Of a stretch of 62,735 bases of DNA, positions 1 through 6,296 are shown piece by piece. Source of the stretch: Patescibacteria group bacterium. Its GTDB lineage: Bacteria; Patescibacteriota; Patescibacteriia; JAXHNJ01. The position numbers were made by a program, and so were the translations under genes. Where the stretch lies: positions 1 through 62,735 of the forward strand of contig JBDRMK010000007.1 of assembly GCA_043812155.1 (NCBI GenBank), read 5' to 3'. The notes below the pieces were generated by a model that searched no databases, was not told the origin of the DNA, and worked only from the letters and a program-made list of their open reading frames with translations. Each line of letters starts with the position of its first letter. Positions within the stretch are counted from its first letter, which is position 1.

Positions 1-1
1 T

Positions 2-106
2 GTCCAGCAGAAAGTTAATGAATTCCTGCAATTCTACAACCATGAAAGGCCGCATTTATCCTTAAATTTATTAACTCCTACCGAATATTTGTCGCATTTG
101 CGATGA
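2..106 (+). CDS. 3' end of a DDE (rve/integrase-core) transposase, IS481/IS3-like; the 5' part lies outside the window
   Basis: Frame 2 reads VQQKVNEFLQFYNHERPHLSLNLLTPTEYLSHLR-stop. The Y-N-x-E-R-P-H-x-x-L tail is typical of rve-domain transposases. Confidence 0.6.
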   Translation, partial: VQQKVNEFLQFYNHERPHLSLNLLTPTEYLSHLR

Positions 107-120
107 AAGAATGCGAAGGC

Positions 121-149
121 TTGACGTTCGCTTTTTGTTCGTATATAAT
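121..149 (+). promoter_or_regulatory. sigma70-like promoter upstream of lexA
   Basis: TTGACG (121-126), 17-nt spacer, TATAAT (144-149). Confidence 0.5.
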
Positions 150-159
150 ATAGATAGTT

Positions 160-168
160 TGTGGATAA
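160..168. promoter_or_regulatory. perfect DnaA-box 9-mer (TGTGGATAA = reverse complement of TTATCCACA)
   Basis: Exact 9-mer in the lexA upstream region, context gtTTGTGGATAAgt. Confidence 0.5.
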
Positions 169-222
169 GTGAGCAGGGTTAGTTTTTGCTTGTTTTGTGG
201 CTTTTTTACGGGGATGCTATTT

Positions 223-395
223 AAATTCCAAATCCGAAATCCGAAATTCTAAACAAATCTTAAATCCCAAACCCCAAATCCGAAACCCCGTTAGAAATGT
301 GATTTCTAAACGGGGAAACCGGTTTGAAACATTGGAAAATTAGAATTTCGTGCTTGTTTATGATTTAGTGCTTAGAATTTATAATTTAGAATTTT
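223..395. repeat. long imperfect low-complexity hairpin (IVS-like arm element), no ORF in the loop
   Basis: The left arm (aaattccaaatccgaaatccgaaattctaaacaaatc...) mirrors the right arm (...gtttgaaacattggaaaattagaatttcgtgcttgtttatgatttag). The centre is ccccgttagaaatgtgatttctaaacgggg. Confidence 0.7.
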
Positions 396-406
396 AAGAC
401 AAACTT

Positions 407-1018
407 ATGGAAAAATTAACCAAAAAACAAAGAGAAATCCTTAATTTTATCCTCAGCTATCAGCAGGATCATGAATACTCGCCTTCATATGAAGAAATCG
501 GGGAAAATTTCGGTCTGACTTCCAAAGCGACGGTGCATGCTCATATTCAGGCTTTAAAAAATAAGGGTTATTTAAAAAGCGAAGCGGGCGCGCCGCGTTC
601 GCTAGAAATAACTTCGCAGGTTTTAAAAACAGACAAAGCTATTCAGCTGCCTTTACTGGGCTTGATCGCGGCCGGGAAGCCTATCGAGGCGATCGAAAAC
701 AAAGAGATGATCACTGTGCCGCAAGCCGTGGTGCGCGATCCTAACTCCTATGTTTTAAGAGTGAAAGGCGAATCCATGATCGAGGACGGGATTTTAGACG
801 GCGATTACGTGGTGGTGGAGCGGAATTATTATCCTAAGAACGGCGACGTGGTGGTGGCGCTTTTGGACAATGAATTTGCCACTTTGAAAAAATATTTCCG
901 CGAGAAGACAAAAATCCGCCTGCAGCCGGCCAACAAATTGATGAAACCGATTTTCGCCAAAAATCCGGCGATCCAAGGGGTGGTGCGGGGGATATTCAGG
1001 GTGTTTTCGCCGGTGTAA
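407..1018 (+). CDS. lexA: LexA repressor (S24 peptidase)
   Basis: N-terminal winged-helix region (SYEEIGENFGLTSKATVHAHIQALKNKGYL) followed by an S24 autopeptidase half with the VKGESM serine and a downstream TLKK lysine; 203 aa. Confidence 0.9.
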   Translation: MEKLTKKQREILNFILSYQQDHEYSPSYEEIGENFGLTSKATVHAHIQALKNKGYLKSEAGAPRSLEITSQVLKTDKAIQLPLLGLIAAGKPIEAIENKEMITVPQAVVRDPNSYVLRVKGESMIEDGILDGDYVVVERNYYPKNGDVVVALLDNEFATLKKYFREKTKIRLQPANKLMKPIFAKNPAIQGVVRGIFRVFSPV

Positions 1019-1024
1019 AAATTC

Positions 1025-1627
1025 ATGAAAAAATATAACCTTAAAAATCAAATACACTTTGTTACTATAGATACCGTCAAACAGACACGTCTATTTAATA
1101 ATGACAGTCTTTGCCGGATTATTGTGGATAATTTGAAATTTTACCGCCGAAAATTCGATTTTAAGCTTTTGGGTTTTGTTATTATGCCAAATCACATTCA
1201 TCTTTTAATCCTGTTAAGTGAAAAACATAATGATATTTCTAAAATAATGCAATTTTTTAAAGGATATTCGGCTAGGAAAATAATTGATTTTTTAAAGGAA
1301 AAAGATTCTAAAAAACTTTCTCTTTTTCGGGTACAGCCCGAGCCTCTGCTCGGGCTAAGTAAGGGTCGGAGCAGAGGCTCCGACCTACCCATAAGGAAGG
1401 TAAAATTATTAAAGAAAGAAAGAAAAATTCCGGAATTTCAGGTTTGGCAGCCGGATTTTTATGATTTTAATATATATTCTGAAGAAAAGCTAGAGCAAAA
1501 ATTGGGTTATATCCATTTTAACCCTGTTAAAGCCGGTCTTTGCCAGACCCCCGAGACTTATAAGTGGTCGTCATGTCGTTATTATGAATTTAAAGATGAT
1601 TCTTTAATAAAAATAGATTTTATATAA
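1025..1627 (+). CDS. IS200-like Y1 / REP-associated tyrosine transposase (RAYT-like)
   Basis: HUH motif (MPNHIHLLI) and C-terminal Tyr context (LGYIHFNPVKAGL). No tnpB partner is present. Confidence 0.85.
   Translation: MKKYNLKNQIHFVTIDTVKQTRLFNNDSLCRIIVDNLKFYRRKFDFKLLGFVIMPNHIHLLILLSEKHNDISKIMQFFKGYSARKIIDFLKEKDSKKLSLFRVQPEPLLGLSKGRSRGSDLPIRKVKLLKKERKIPEFQVWQPDFYDFNIYSEEKLEQKLGYIHFNPVKAGLCQTPETYKWSSCRYYEFKDDSLIKIDFI
1337..1384. repeat. two adjacent GC-rich hairpins carried in frame inside the RAYT ORF
   Basis: cccgagc-ctct-gctcggg (1337-1354) and gtcggagc-agag-gctccgac (1365-1384). gagcctctgctc (1340-1351) is the exact reverse complement of gagcagaggctc (1369-1380). Confidence 0.8.
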
Positions 1628-1630
1628 AAC

Positions 1631-1879
1631 ATGTATCAAACCATTAAAGAACCCGTCAAAGTCTTAGTTTCTTTTTTCGGGAAGCAGGTGCGGCCCCTGG
1701 CTTTTTTTTGGAAAGGCCGGCGCTATGAGATCGATAAGATAAATCTGGTCCATTCGCTGAAGAAAGGCCGGGACACGCTTTATTATTTTTCCGTTTCCGA
1801 CAAAGCTAATTTTTACCGCCTGGTCTTTGACACCGGGTCTTTGGCCTGGTCTTTAGAGGAAATTTACGCCGAAGGATAG
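1631..1879 (+). CDS. hypothetical small protein (82 aa) in the lexA-dinB neighbourhood
   Basis: Complete ORF starting 4 nt after the RAYT stop. No motif recognised. Confidence 0.55.
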   Translation: MYQTIKEPVKVLVSFFGKQVRPLAFFWKGRRYEIDKINLVHSLKKGRDTLYYFSVSDKANFYRLVFDTGSLAWSLEEIYAEG

Positions 1880-1895
1880 GTATTATTTTTGAGGT

Positions 1896-2220
1896 AAAAA
1901 AAATGCTCCGGCGGTCTTTAAATAAGAGATGACCATTCCGGAGCTGATTCCCTCGATTCCCCAGAGAGCGAGAAAAATTTAGAGGGGTTAGAGGGAGGGT
2001 GTCAAGAAGAGCGATATGAATTTCAAGTCAGGGAGCATAGGAACCGATATGGTGCACGGCATATCGCCAGCGAAACTGGCCTCAAGATTCCTCACGCTAA
2101 AGAGGGTTGGTTTTTGCCAAAGCGCAGAAGGCCCCGAAGGATTCCGTATCGGCGCCCCGCGCTACTGGCTTTTGGAATGCCTCTTAGGCGCTAGTTTGCC
2201 CCCTGACTCTTTAAATATTG
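1896..2220 (-). ncRNA. candidate structured RNA (about 320 nt), class unknown
   Basis: The minus strand has its own promoter (2228-2255) and an intrinsic terminator (stem gctccgg/ccggagc 1905-1944 followed by a T-run on the minus strand). There are many nested helices, e.g. agtcaggg/ccctgact, ccaaaagc/gctttgg, gccag-tttc-ctggc and gatatg..catatc. Confidence 0.45.
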
Positions 2221-2227
2221 TTTGTTT

Positions 2228-2283
2228 ATTATACACGAAATAATAATTCTGTCAACCCAGCCTCTCGCGAAGGGCTGGTTCAA
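2228..2283 (-). promoter_or_regulatory. hairpin-embedded promoter module (minus strand)
   Basis: Read on the minus strand: TTGAAC, stem ccagcc, loop ttcgcgag, stem ggctgg, then GTTGACA, a 16-nt spacer and TATAAT. Confidence 0.55.
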
Positions 2284-2287
2284 TGGA

Positions 2288-2505
2288 TAAAAAAAGGGGC
2301 GGGGAGAACTCATCCGCTCCCCATCCTCTCATATTCCTATGCCACCGCCGCCCAAAAAGGGCCCCCGGGAACAAGATAGGAAAGAGAAGACGAGGTTTTG
2401 GCTCCCCGCCCTTCAAAATATTTACGAGAAGCGGATCCTTTTAGAGACCCCACCTTATGCCCCGGAACCTAGCCCCAGGAGAGCTGATCCGCTTCTCACA
2501 ATGAT
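2288..2505 (-). ncRNA. second candidate structured RNA (about 210 nt), class unknown
   Basis: On the minus strand there is a 12-bp stem gagaagcggatc/gatccgcttctc. A long helix gggcggggag/ctccccgccc ends in ggggag..ctcccc-gcccc-TTTTTTT (terminator, plus coordinates 2288-2322). Confidence 0.35.
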
Positions 2506-2557
2506 CGATATATAAAGAGTTTTTCGCTGTTTGTTATTATTACTCAGTGTTTATAAG

Positions 2558-2887
2558 ATGTCAAATATCATCCTGCATATTGATATGAATTCATACTTTG
2601 CTTCCTGCGAGCAGCAGGCCAATCCTTTTTTAAGAGGAAAGGCCGTCGGCGTGTGTTCATATTTATCCAAAAACGGCTGTATTATCGCTTCTTCCATGGA
2701 AGCGAAAAAATTTGGCATTAAAACTGGTTGCCGGGTGATGGAGGCCAAAATATTGTGTCCGGAAATTATATTGCTTGAAAACGAGCCGGCCAAGTACCGC
2801 TCCATCACCGAGAAAATTTTTTCCATCTTGTCGGAATATACAGATACACTGGAGCCTTACAGCATTGATGAGGCTTTTTGGATCTGA
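2558..2887 (+). CDS. dinB: DNA polymerase IV (DinB), N-terminal fragment ending at a frameshift
   Basis: MSNIILHIDMNSYFASCEQ and YSIDEAF are Y-family palm motifs. The frame stops at 2885-2887, just after a T5 run (2875-2879). Confidence 0.85.
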   Translation: MSNIILHIDMNSYFASCEQQANPFLRGKAVGVCSYLSKNGCIIASSMEAKKFGIKTGCRVMEAKILCPEIILLENEPAKYRSITEKIFSILSEYTDTLEPYSIDEAFWI

Positions 2888-3783
2888 CCGGCTGGGCAAA
2901 GGATCTAGCGGAGGCGGAAAAGAAAGGGAAGGAAATCCAGCAGCGCATTAAAAGGGAAGCGGGGGAATGGCTGAAATCTTCCGTCGGCATTTCTCATACC
3001 CGGTGGCTGGCCAAGTTCGCTTCGGATATCGCCCCCAAAGACGGCGTTTTAGTGATCAAAAAAAACGAGATTGATGGATTTTTAAAAAGGCCTTTGACCG
3101 AGGCCTGGGGAATCAATGTCCGGCTGGAAGCGAGGCTAAACGCCTTGGGAATTTTTAGTCTGCTGGATCTGAAAAATTATCCAGTGGCCAACTTGATGCA
3201 GGCTTTGGGAAAAATAGGCTATTATCTTTGGGCTGACGTAAACGGCTTGGAAGGGGAAAAGGTGAAAAGGGGCGAAGAGATTCGGCCGAAATCAGTAGGC
3301 CACACTTATTGCCTGTATAAAAAATCCCGTGATATAAATTATCTTTCTTCTATATTGTTAAAACTCTGCGAAAAAACCGGCCGGAGATTAAGATTGATGC
3401 GTTTGGAAGCCTACCAGTTTAGTTTCGGTTTGGCATATGAGGCCGGCGGGGGCTTTGGCGGACAGAAGAAAATAAAAGCCGGCCTTTTCACCACGGCCAG
3501 TATTTTTACCGCCGCTTTTAATATGATGAAAAAAGAGAAACTAAACGGTAAAGTTTCTTTTTTAGCCGTGTCGGTTTCCGACTTAAGGCCGATTTCCCGT
3601 CAGATGTCATTGTTGGCGGATAACTTGAAAGAAAAGGAGATCAACCTGGCCATGGACGAGATCAACGATAAGTACGGCGAATACCTGGTTTTTTGGGGCC
3701 GGATGTGGGGAACAGATGATTATGCTAGAGATAGAATAGGATTTAGGAAGACGGTGGGCGTTAATTTTGGTCGTGGCATGTGA
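2878..3783 (+). CDS. dinB: DNA polymerase IV (DinB), C-terminal fragment in the -1 frame
   Basis: Continues the canonical sequence as (L)DLTGW..., then thumb and little-finger regions. Joined with the N fragment it gives a full-length DinB. Confidence 0.85.
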   Translation: MDLTGWAKDLAEAEKKGKEIQQRIKREAGEWLKSSVGISHTRWLAKFASDIAPKDGVLVIKKNEIDGFLKRPLTEAWGINVRLEARLNALGIFSLLDLKNYPVANLMQALGKIGYYLWADVNGLEGEKVKRGEEIRPKSVGHTYCLYKKSRDINYLSSILLKLCEKTGRRLRLMRLEAYQFSFGLAYEAGGGFGGQKKIKAGLFTTASIFTAAFNMMKKEKLNGKVSFLAVSVSDLRPISRQMSLLADNLKEKEINLAMDEINDKYGEYLVFWGRMWGTDDYARDRIGFRKTVGVNFGRGM

Positions 3784-3790
3784 TATTTTT

Positions 3791-3935
3791 AAATTCCAAT
3801 CACCAAATTCCAAGTTCCAAACAAATTCCAATTACCAAAATTTAAAATTCCAAAACGCTACTCAGTTTTTGGTTATTTGGATATTGAATATTGGAATTTA
3901 TTTGAAATTTGGTGCTTGTGTTTTTGGGATTTAGT
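3791..3935. repeat. long imperfect low-complexity hairpin, no ORF
   Basis: aaattccaatcaccaaattccaagttccaaacaaattcc... is mirrored by ...ggaatttatttgaaatttggtgcttgtgtttttgggattt. Confidence 0.7.
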
Positions 3936-3996
3936 ATGATTTTTAATGGGTTGATATTTTCAACCTAAAATTAATTCAGGTCGCCGCTCAACGTCC

Positions 3997-4024
3997 TTGA
4001 CAAAACCCCGGTATCTGCTAAGAT
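3997..4024 (+). promoter_or_regulatory. sigma70-like promoter of the structured-RNA/small-ORF locus
   Basis: TTGACA (3997-4002), 16-nt spacer, TAAGAT (4019-4024). Confidence 0.5.
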
Positions 4025-4056
4025 AGACTAAATTAACAATTTAATAAATCATGGTT

Positions 4057-4365
4057 TAATGAGGCGTGGAACGGCGGCCTGTACCTTGGACGCTTGGGCC
4101 GTCGGGAGCAAATAGCGTAACCGGCATTATCTTTTTTTGCCGTGTTACAAAACGCCTCTATTATCAGGTGTTTTTTTGTGCCCTTTAACTTCAAAAAAGA
4201 AAGGAAAGGAGTCTTAATGAGGCGGAGCGGGTATCCCTGAATGAGGACGCCTTGTCTTCTTACACCGGTAAGGAGCGGGGGATACGCCCATAGTGTCGCT
4301 ATGGGTTACCGTTAGCAAGTGGCGTAACCGGCATTAAGTCGACTTGTTACGTATTGCGCCTCATT
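4057..4365 (+). ncRNA. two tandem related structured RNA domains (riboswitch-like leader), class unknown
   Basis: Both domains open with TAATGAGGCG (4057, 4215) and close with CGCCTC(T)ATT (4153-4163, 4356-4365). Both contain GCGTAACCGGCATTA with a gtaac..gttac helix. Confidence 0.5.
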
Positions 4366-4440
4366 GACTGATTTCTGTTTCCCTTCCGCGTGCAAAAGTT
4401 TTGGAAGGGGGGAAATCCAGTCAAAAGGAGGTGATAGGAT

Positions 4441-4491
4441 ATGCATATGATGATTCTGTTAATCATCGATCTCCTTTGGTGGCTGCGCTAA
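4441..4491 (+). CDS. 16-codon hydrophobic small ORF (MHMMILLIIDLLWWLR)
   Basis: Strong SD aaaggaggtg 6-8 nt upstream. It lies between a hairpin (4366-4423) and a strong terminator. Coding status is unproven. Confidence 0.3.
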   Translation: MHMMILLIIDLLWWLR

Positions 4492-4568
4492 GCGCCGCCC
4501 CATCAATTGTTACTGTCCTGTAGAAGGACAGATAATCCTTTCTTCAACTAAGTAGCTTTTAGCTACAC

Positions 4569-4622
4569 GAGTCCGTCTGCTTGATCCCCCCTTTCCTAGA
4601 ATGGGCAGACGGACTCTTTTTT
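4569..4622 (+). terminator. intrinsic terminator
   Basis: 12-bp stem gagtccgtctgc/gcagacggactc followed by TTTTTT. Confidence 0.8.
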
Positions 4623-4649
4623 ATTTCCCTAAAAATTTTTTTAGAATGA

Positions 4650-4677
4650 TTGACAAAAAAGAGGGAAGTGATAAAAT
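4650..4677 (+). promoter_or_regulatory. sigma70-like promoter
   Basis: TTGACA, 16-nt spacer, TAAAAT. Confidence 0.45.
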
Positions 4678-4691
4678 TAAATTAGAAATGA

Positions 4692-4815
4692 GCCGTCGCA
4701 AGATATAGCGCCGTCGCAAAAACGAAGATTTAAAAAAGTGTTTAACCTTAAAAATTAATTCTAAAGAATTTATAGGCGAAAATACGAAAGCGCCGTCGCT
4801 TCCAAGCGCCGTCGG
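4692..4815. repeat. four copies of G(C)GCCGTCG(C/G) in an AT-rich spacer
   Basis: gccgtcgc 4692, gcgccgtcgc 4708, gcgccgtcgc 4790, gcgccgtcgg 4806. Confidence 0.6.
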
Positions 4816-4822
4816 CAAAAGT

Positions 4823-4840
4823 TGTGGATAAGTGGATAAA
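4823..4840. promoter_or_regulatory. two adjacent DnaA-box-like motifs upstream of ssb
   Basis: TGTGGATAA (perfect) directly followed by GTGGATAAA. Confidence 0.5.
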
Positions 4841-4994
4841 CACCCCGTCTATGAAAAAATATTGGCAAAATTTAATTCTATTTATTAGAGCGATAATTTA
4901 CCGCGTAATTTATTTAACTAAAAAATTTCCCCTTAACGATTAAGGGGAAATTTTATAATTAAAGCAATATTGGTGGCTTATATAAGGAAATCAT

Positions 4995-5402
4995 ATGGAC
5001 GTGAACAAAGTGACCCTCTTGGGCAACTTAGTCAAAGATCCTGGCAGCAAAAAACTGCCGACCGGCCAATCGCTGTCTTTCTTCCGCTTGGCCACCAATT
5101 ATTCATGGAAGGACATTAAAACCCATGAAAAAAAGGAATCCGTTGATTACCACCAGGTAACCGCCTGGGGAAGGCTCGCGGAAATCATCAGCCAGTACCT
5201 GAAAAAAGGCTCCCGGATTTATCTGGAAGGGCGGCTGCAGCAGAAGAATTGGAAGGACAAGGAAGGCAAATTCCAGTCCCGGACCAACATTATCGCGGAC
5301 AACCTGGTCATGCTGGGCAAAAGGAGCGCGGAAAAGGAAAAAGAGCCGAACGGCTTGGCCAAAGAGGACGTTGATTTGGAAGAAGTGGAAGTGGAGGCGT
5401 AG
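4995..5402 (+). CDS. ssb: single-stranded DNA-binding protein
   Basis: OB-fold N-terminus (NKVTLLGNLVKDP...FRLATN...YHQVTAWGRLAE...YLEGRLQ) and an acidic C-terminal tail. Confidence 0.9.
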   Translation: MDVNKVTLLGNLVKDPGSKKLPTGQSLSFFRLATNYSWKDIKTHEKKESVDYHQVTAWGRLAEIISQYLKKGSRIYLEGRLQQKNWKDKEGKFQSRTNIIADNLVMLGKRSAEKEKEPNGLAKEDVDLEEVEVEA

Positions 5403-5644
5403 GTTATCGCTTGTCGCTTATGGCAAATCGCTTATCGCTTCAATAGACGGACTTTGAAAACAAATTAAGCGAGTCAAATAAGGTCTGATGGTGAGTTTGC
5501 TTAAACCCATCGGACCTCGGCTTCTGCACACTATTGGGGAATAGATACCTTTCGCTCTTAACAACTTAAAAATTAAATTTAAGCCACCAAAATTTGTCTA
5601 TAAAAGGTATTATATTTTTCGAGTGTGCGGAGGCAGGGTTGTTT

Positions 5645-6146
5645 GACATGAAGACAATCGACAGTAGACACGAAGACACGAAGACACGAGGACAGGAAGA
5701 CAGTTGACAGTAGACATTGAGATAAAAAATCCCAAAATTATGATTAAACATTTTACCGATTTAAAAGTTTGGCAAGAGGGTCACCGTTTAGTTCTTGATC
5801 TATACAGGTTAACAAAAAAGTTTCCCAGGGATGAGCAGTTCGGTATAGTATCGCAATTAAGAAGAGCCGCTGTATCGGTAACCTCCAATATCGCCGAAGG
5901 TTATAGACGTTATTTTTTCAAAGAAAAAATACGATTCTATTACATGACAAGAGGTTCATTATCAGAGATTCAAAACCTTTTAATTATTGTGAGAGATTTA
6001 CAATATATAGATAATAAAGAATTTCAAGATTTTTACCGGCATAGTGAAAAAGTCTTAGCCATAATAAATGGTTTGATCAATAAAACACCGAATTTTGAAA
6101 ATTAAAATTTGCTGTCCATTGTCTACTGTCGAATGTCTAATGTCTA
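5645..6146. repeat. hairpin cassette whose loop carries a four-helix-bundle gene
   Basis: The left arm gacatgaagacaatcgacagtagacacgaagacacg...gacagtagacattg pairs with the right arm ctgtccattgtctactgtcgaatgtctaatgtct. Confidence 0.65.
5740..6105 (+). CDS. four-helix-bundle protein (23S rRNA IVS protein / Avd-like family)
   Basis: MIKHFTDLKVWQEGHRLVLDLYRLTKKFP..E.FG..SQLRRAAVSVTSNIAEG is the family signature. The ATG at 5740 is preferred over the ORF-track start. Confidence 0.85.
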   Translation: MIKHFTDLKVWQEGHRLVLDLYRLTKKFPRDEQFGIVSQLRRAAVSVTSNIAEGYRRYFFKEKIRFYYMTRGSLSEIQNLLIIVRDLQYIDNKEFQDFYRHSEKVLAIINGLINKTPNFEN

Positions 6147-6150
6147 AACA

Positions 6151-6296
6151 CAAAGGAGCTGATGCCTATGAATCAAAGCAGGCCACGTGAGTCGCGGCAC
6201 AATTTTCGCCGGGCTTGGGCAATAGAGATCTGTCTATTTGCCGAAGCCAAAATCGTTCGTTTAGAATGTTCTTTGTCAAGAAAAGAGGGCAAGAAA
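6151..6296 (+). promoter_or_regulatory. conserved 5' leader, copy A (paralogous to 7211-7357)
   Basis: Shares an identical 37-nt core ggcttgggcaatagagatctgtctatttgccgaagcc (6212-6248) plus flanking similarity with copy B. The core folds as a roughly 15-bp hairpin. Confidence 0.55.

Noticed and set aside
223-395. CRISPR-like appearance of the periodic low-complexity arms (also 3791-3935, 18896-19023, 20983-21132, 25206-25343)
   Set aside because: The units are short, degenerate and contiguous, without unique spacers of constant length. The two halves are inverted copies, so these are hairpins or tandem repeats rather than CRISPR arrays. No cas genes are present.
2016-2243. 75-aa plus-strand ORF between the small ORF and dinB
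   Set aside because: It has no RBS and unremarkable sequence. It overlaps a region better explained by a minus-strand promoter, helices and terminators.
2873-2887. Asserting programmed frameshifting in dinB
   Set aside because: The T5 run is compatible with slippage, but a homopolymer sequencing error or a pseudogene explains it equally well. It is reported only as an open question.
4650-4990. Replication origin (oriC) upstream of ssb
   Set aside because: There are only two adjacent DnaA-box-like motifs and no dnaA or dnaN nearby. Equally perfect boxes occur singly at three other intergenic sites. This is kept only as a regulatory-site finding.
5740-6105. Four-helix-bundle genes as evidence for a diversity-generating retroelement
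   Set aside because: The family includes DGR Avd proteins, but no reverse transcriptase and no template/variable repeat pair are visible in this window.
6151-6296. Duplicated leader as a c-di-AMP (ydaO) or c-di-GMP-I riboswitch
   Set aside because: The association with a cell-wall hydrolase prompted the idea. However, the conserved cores I remember for those classes (GGGGA..CCCA and ACCCGAA blocks; GGCAAACC and GACGCAAAGCC) are not present.
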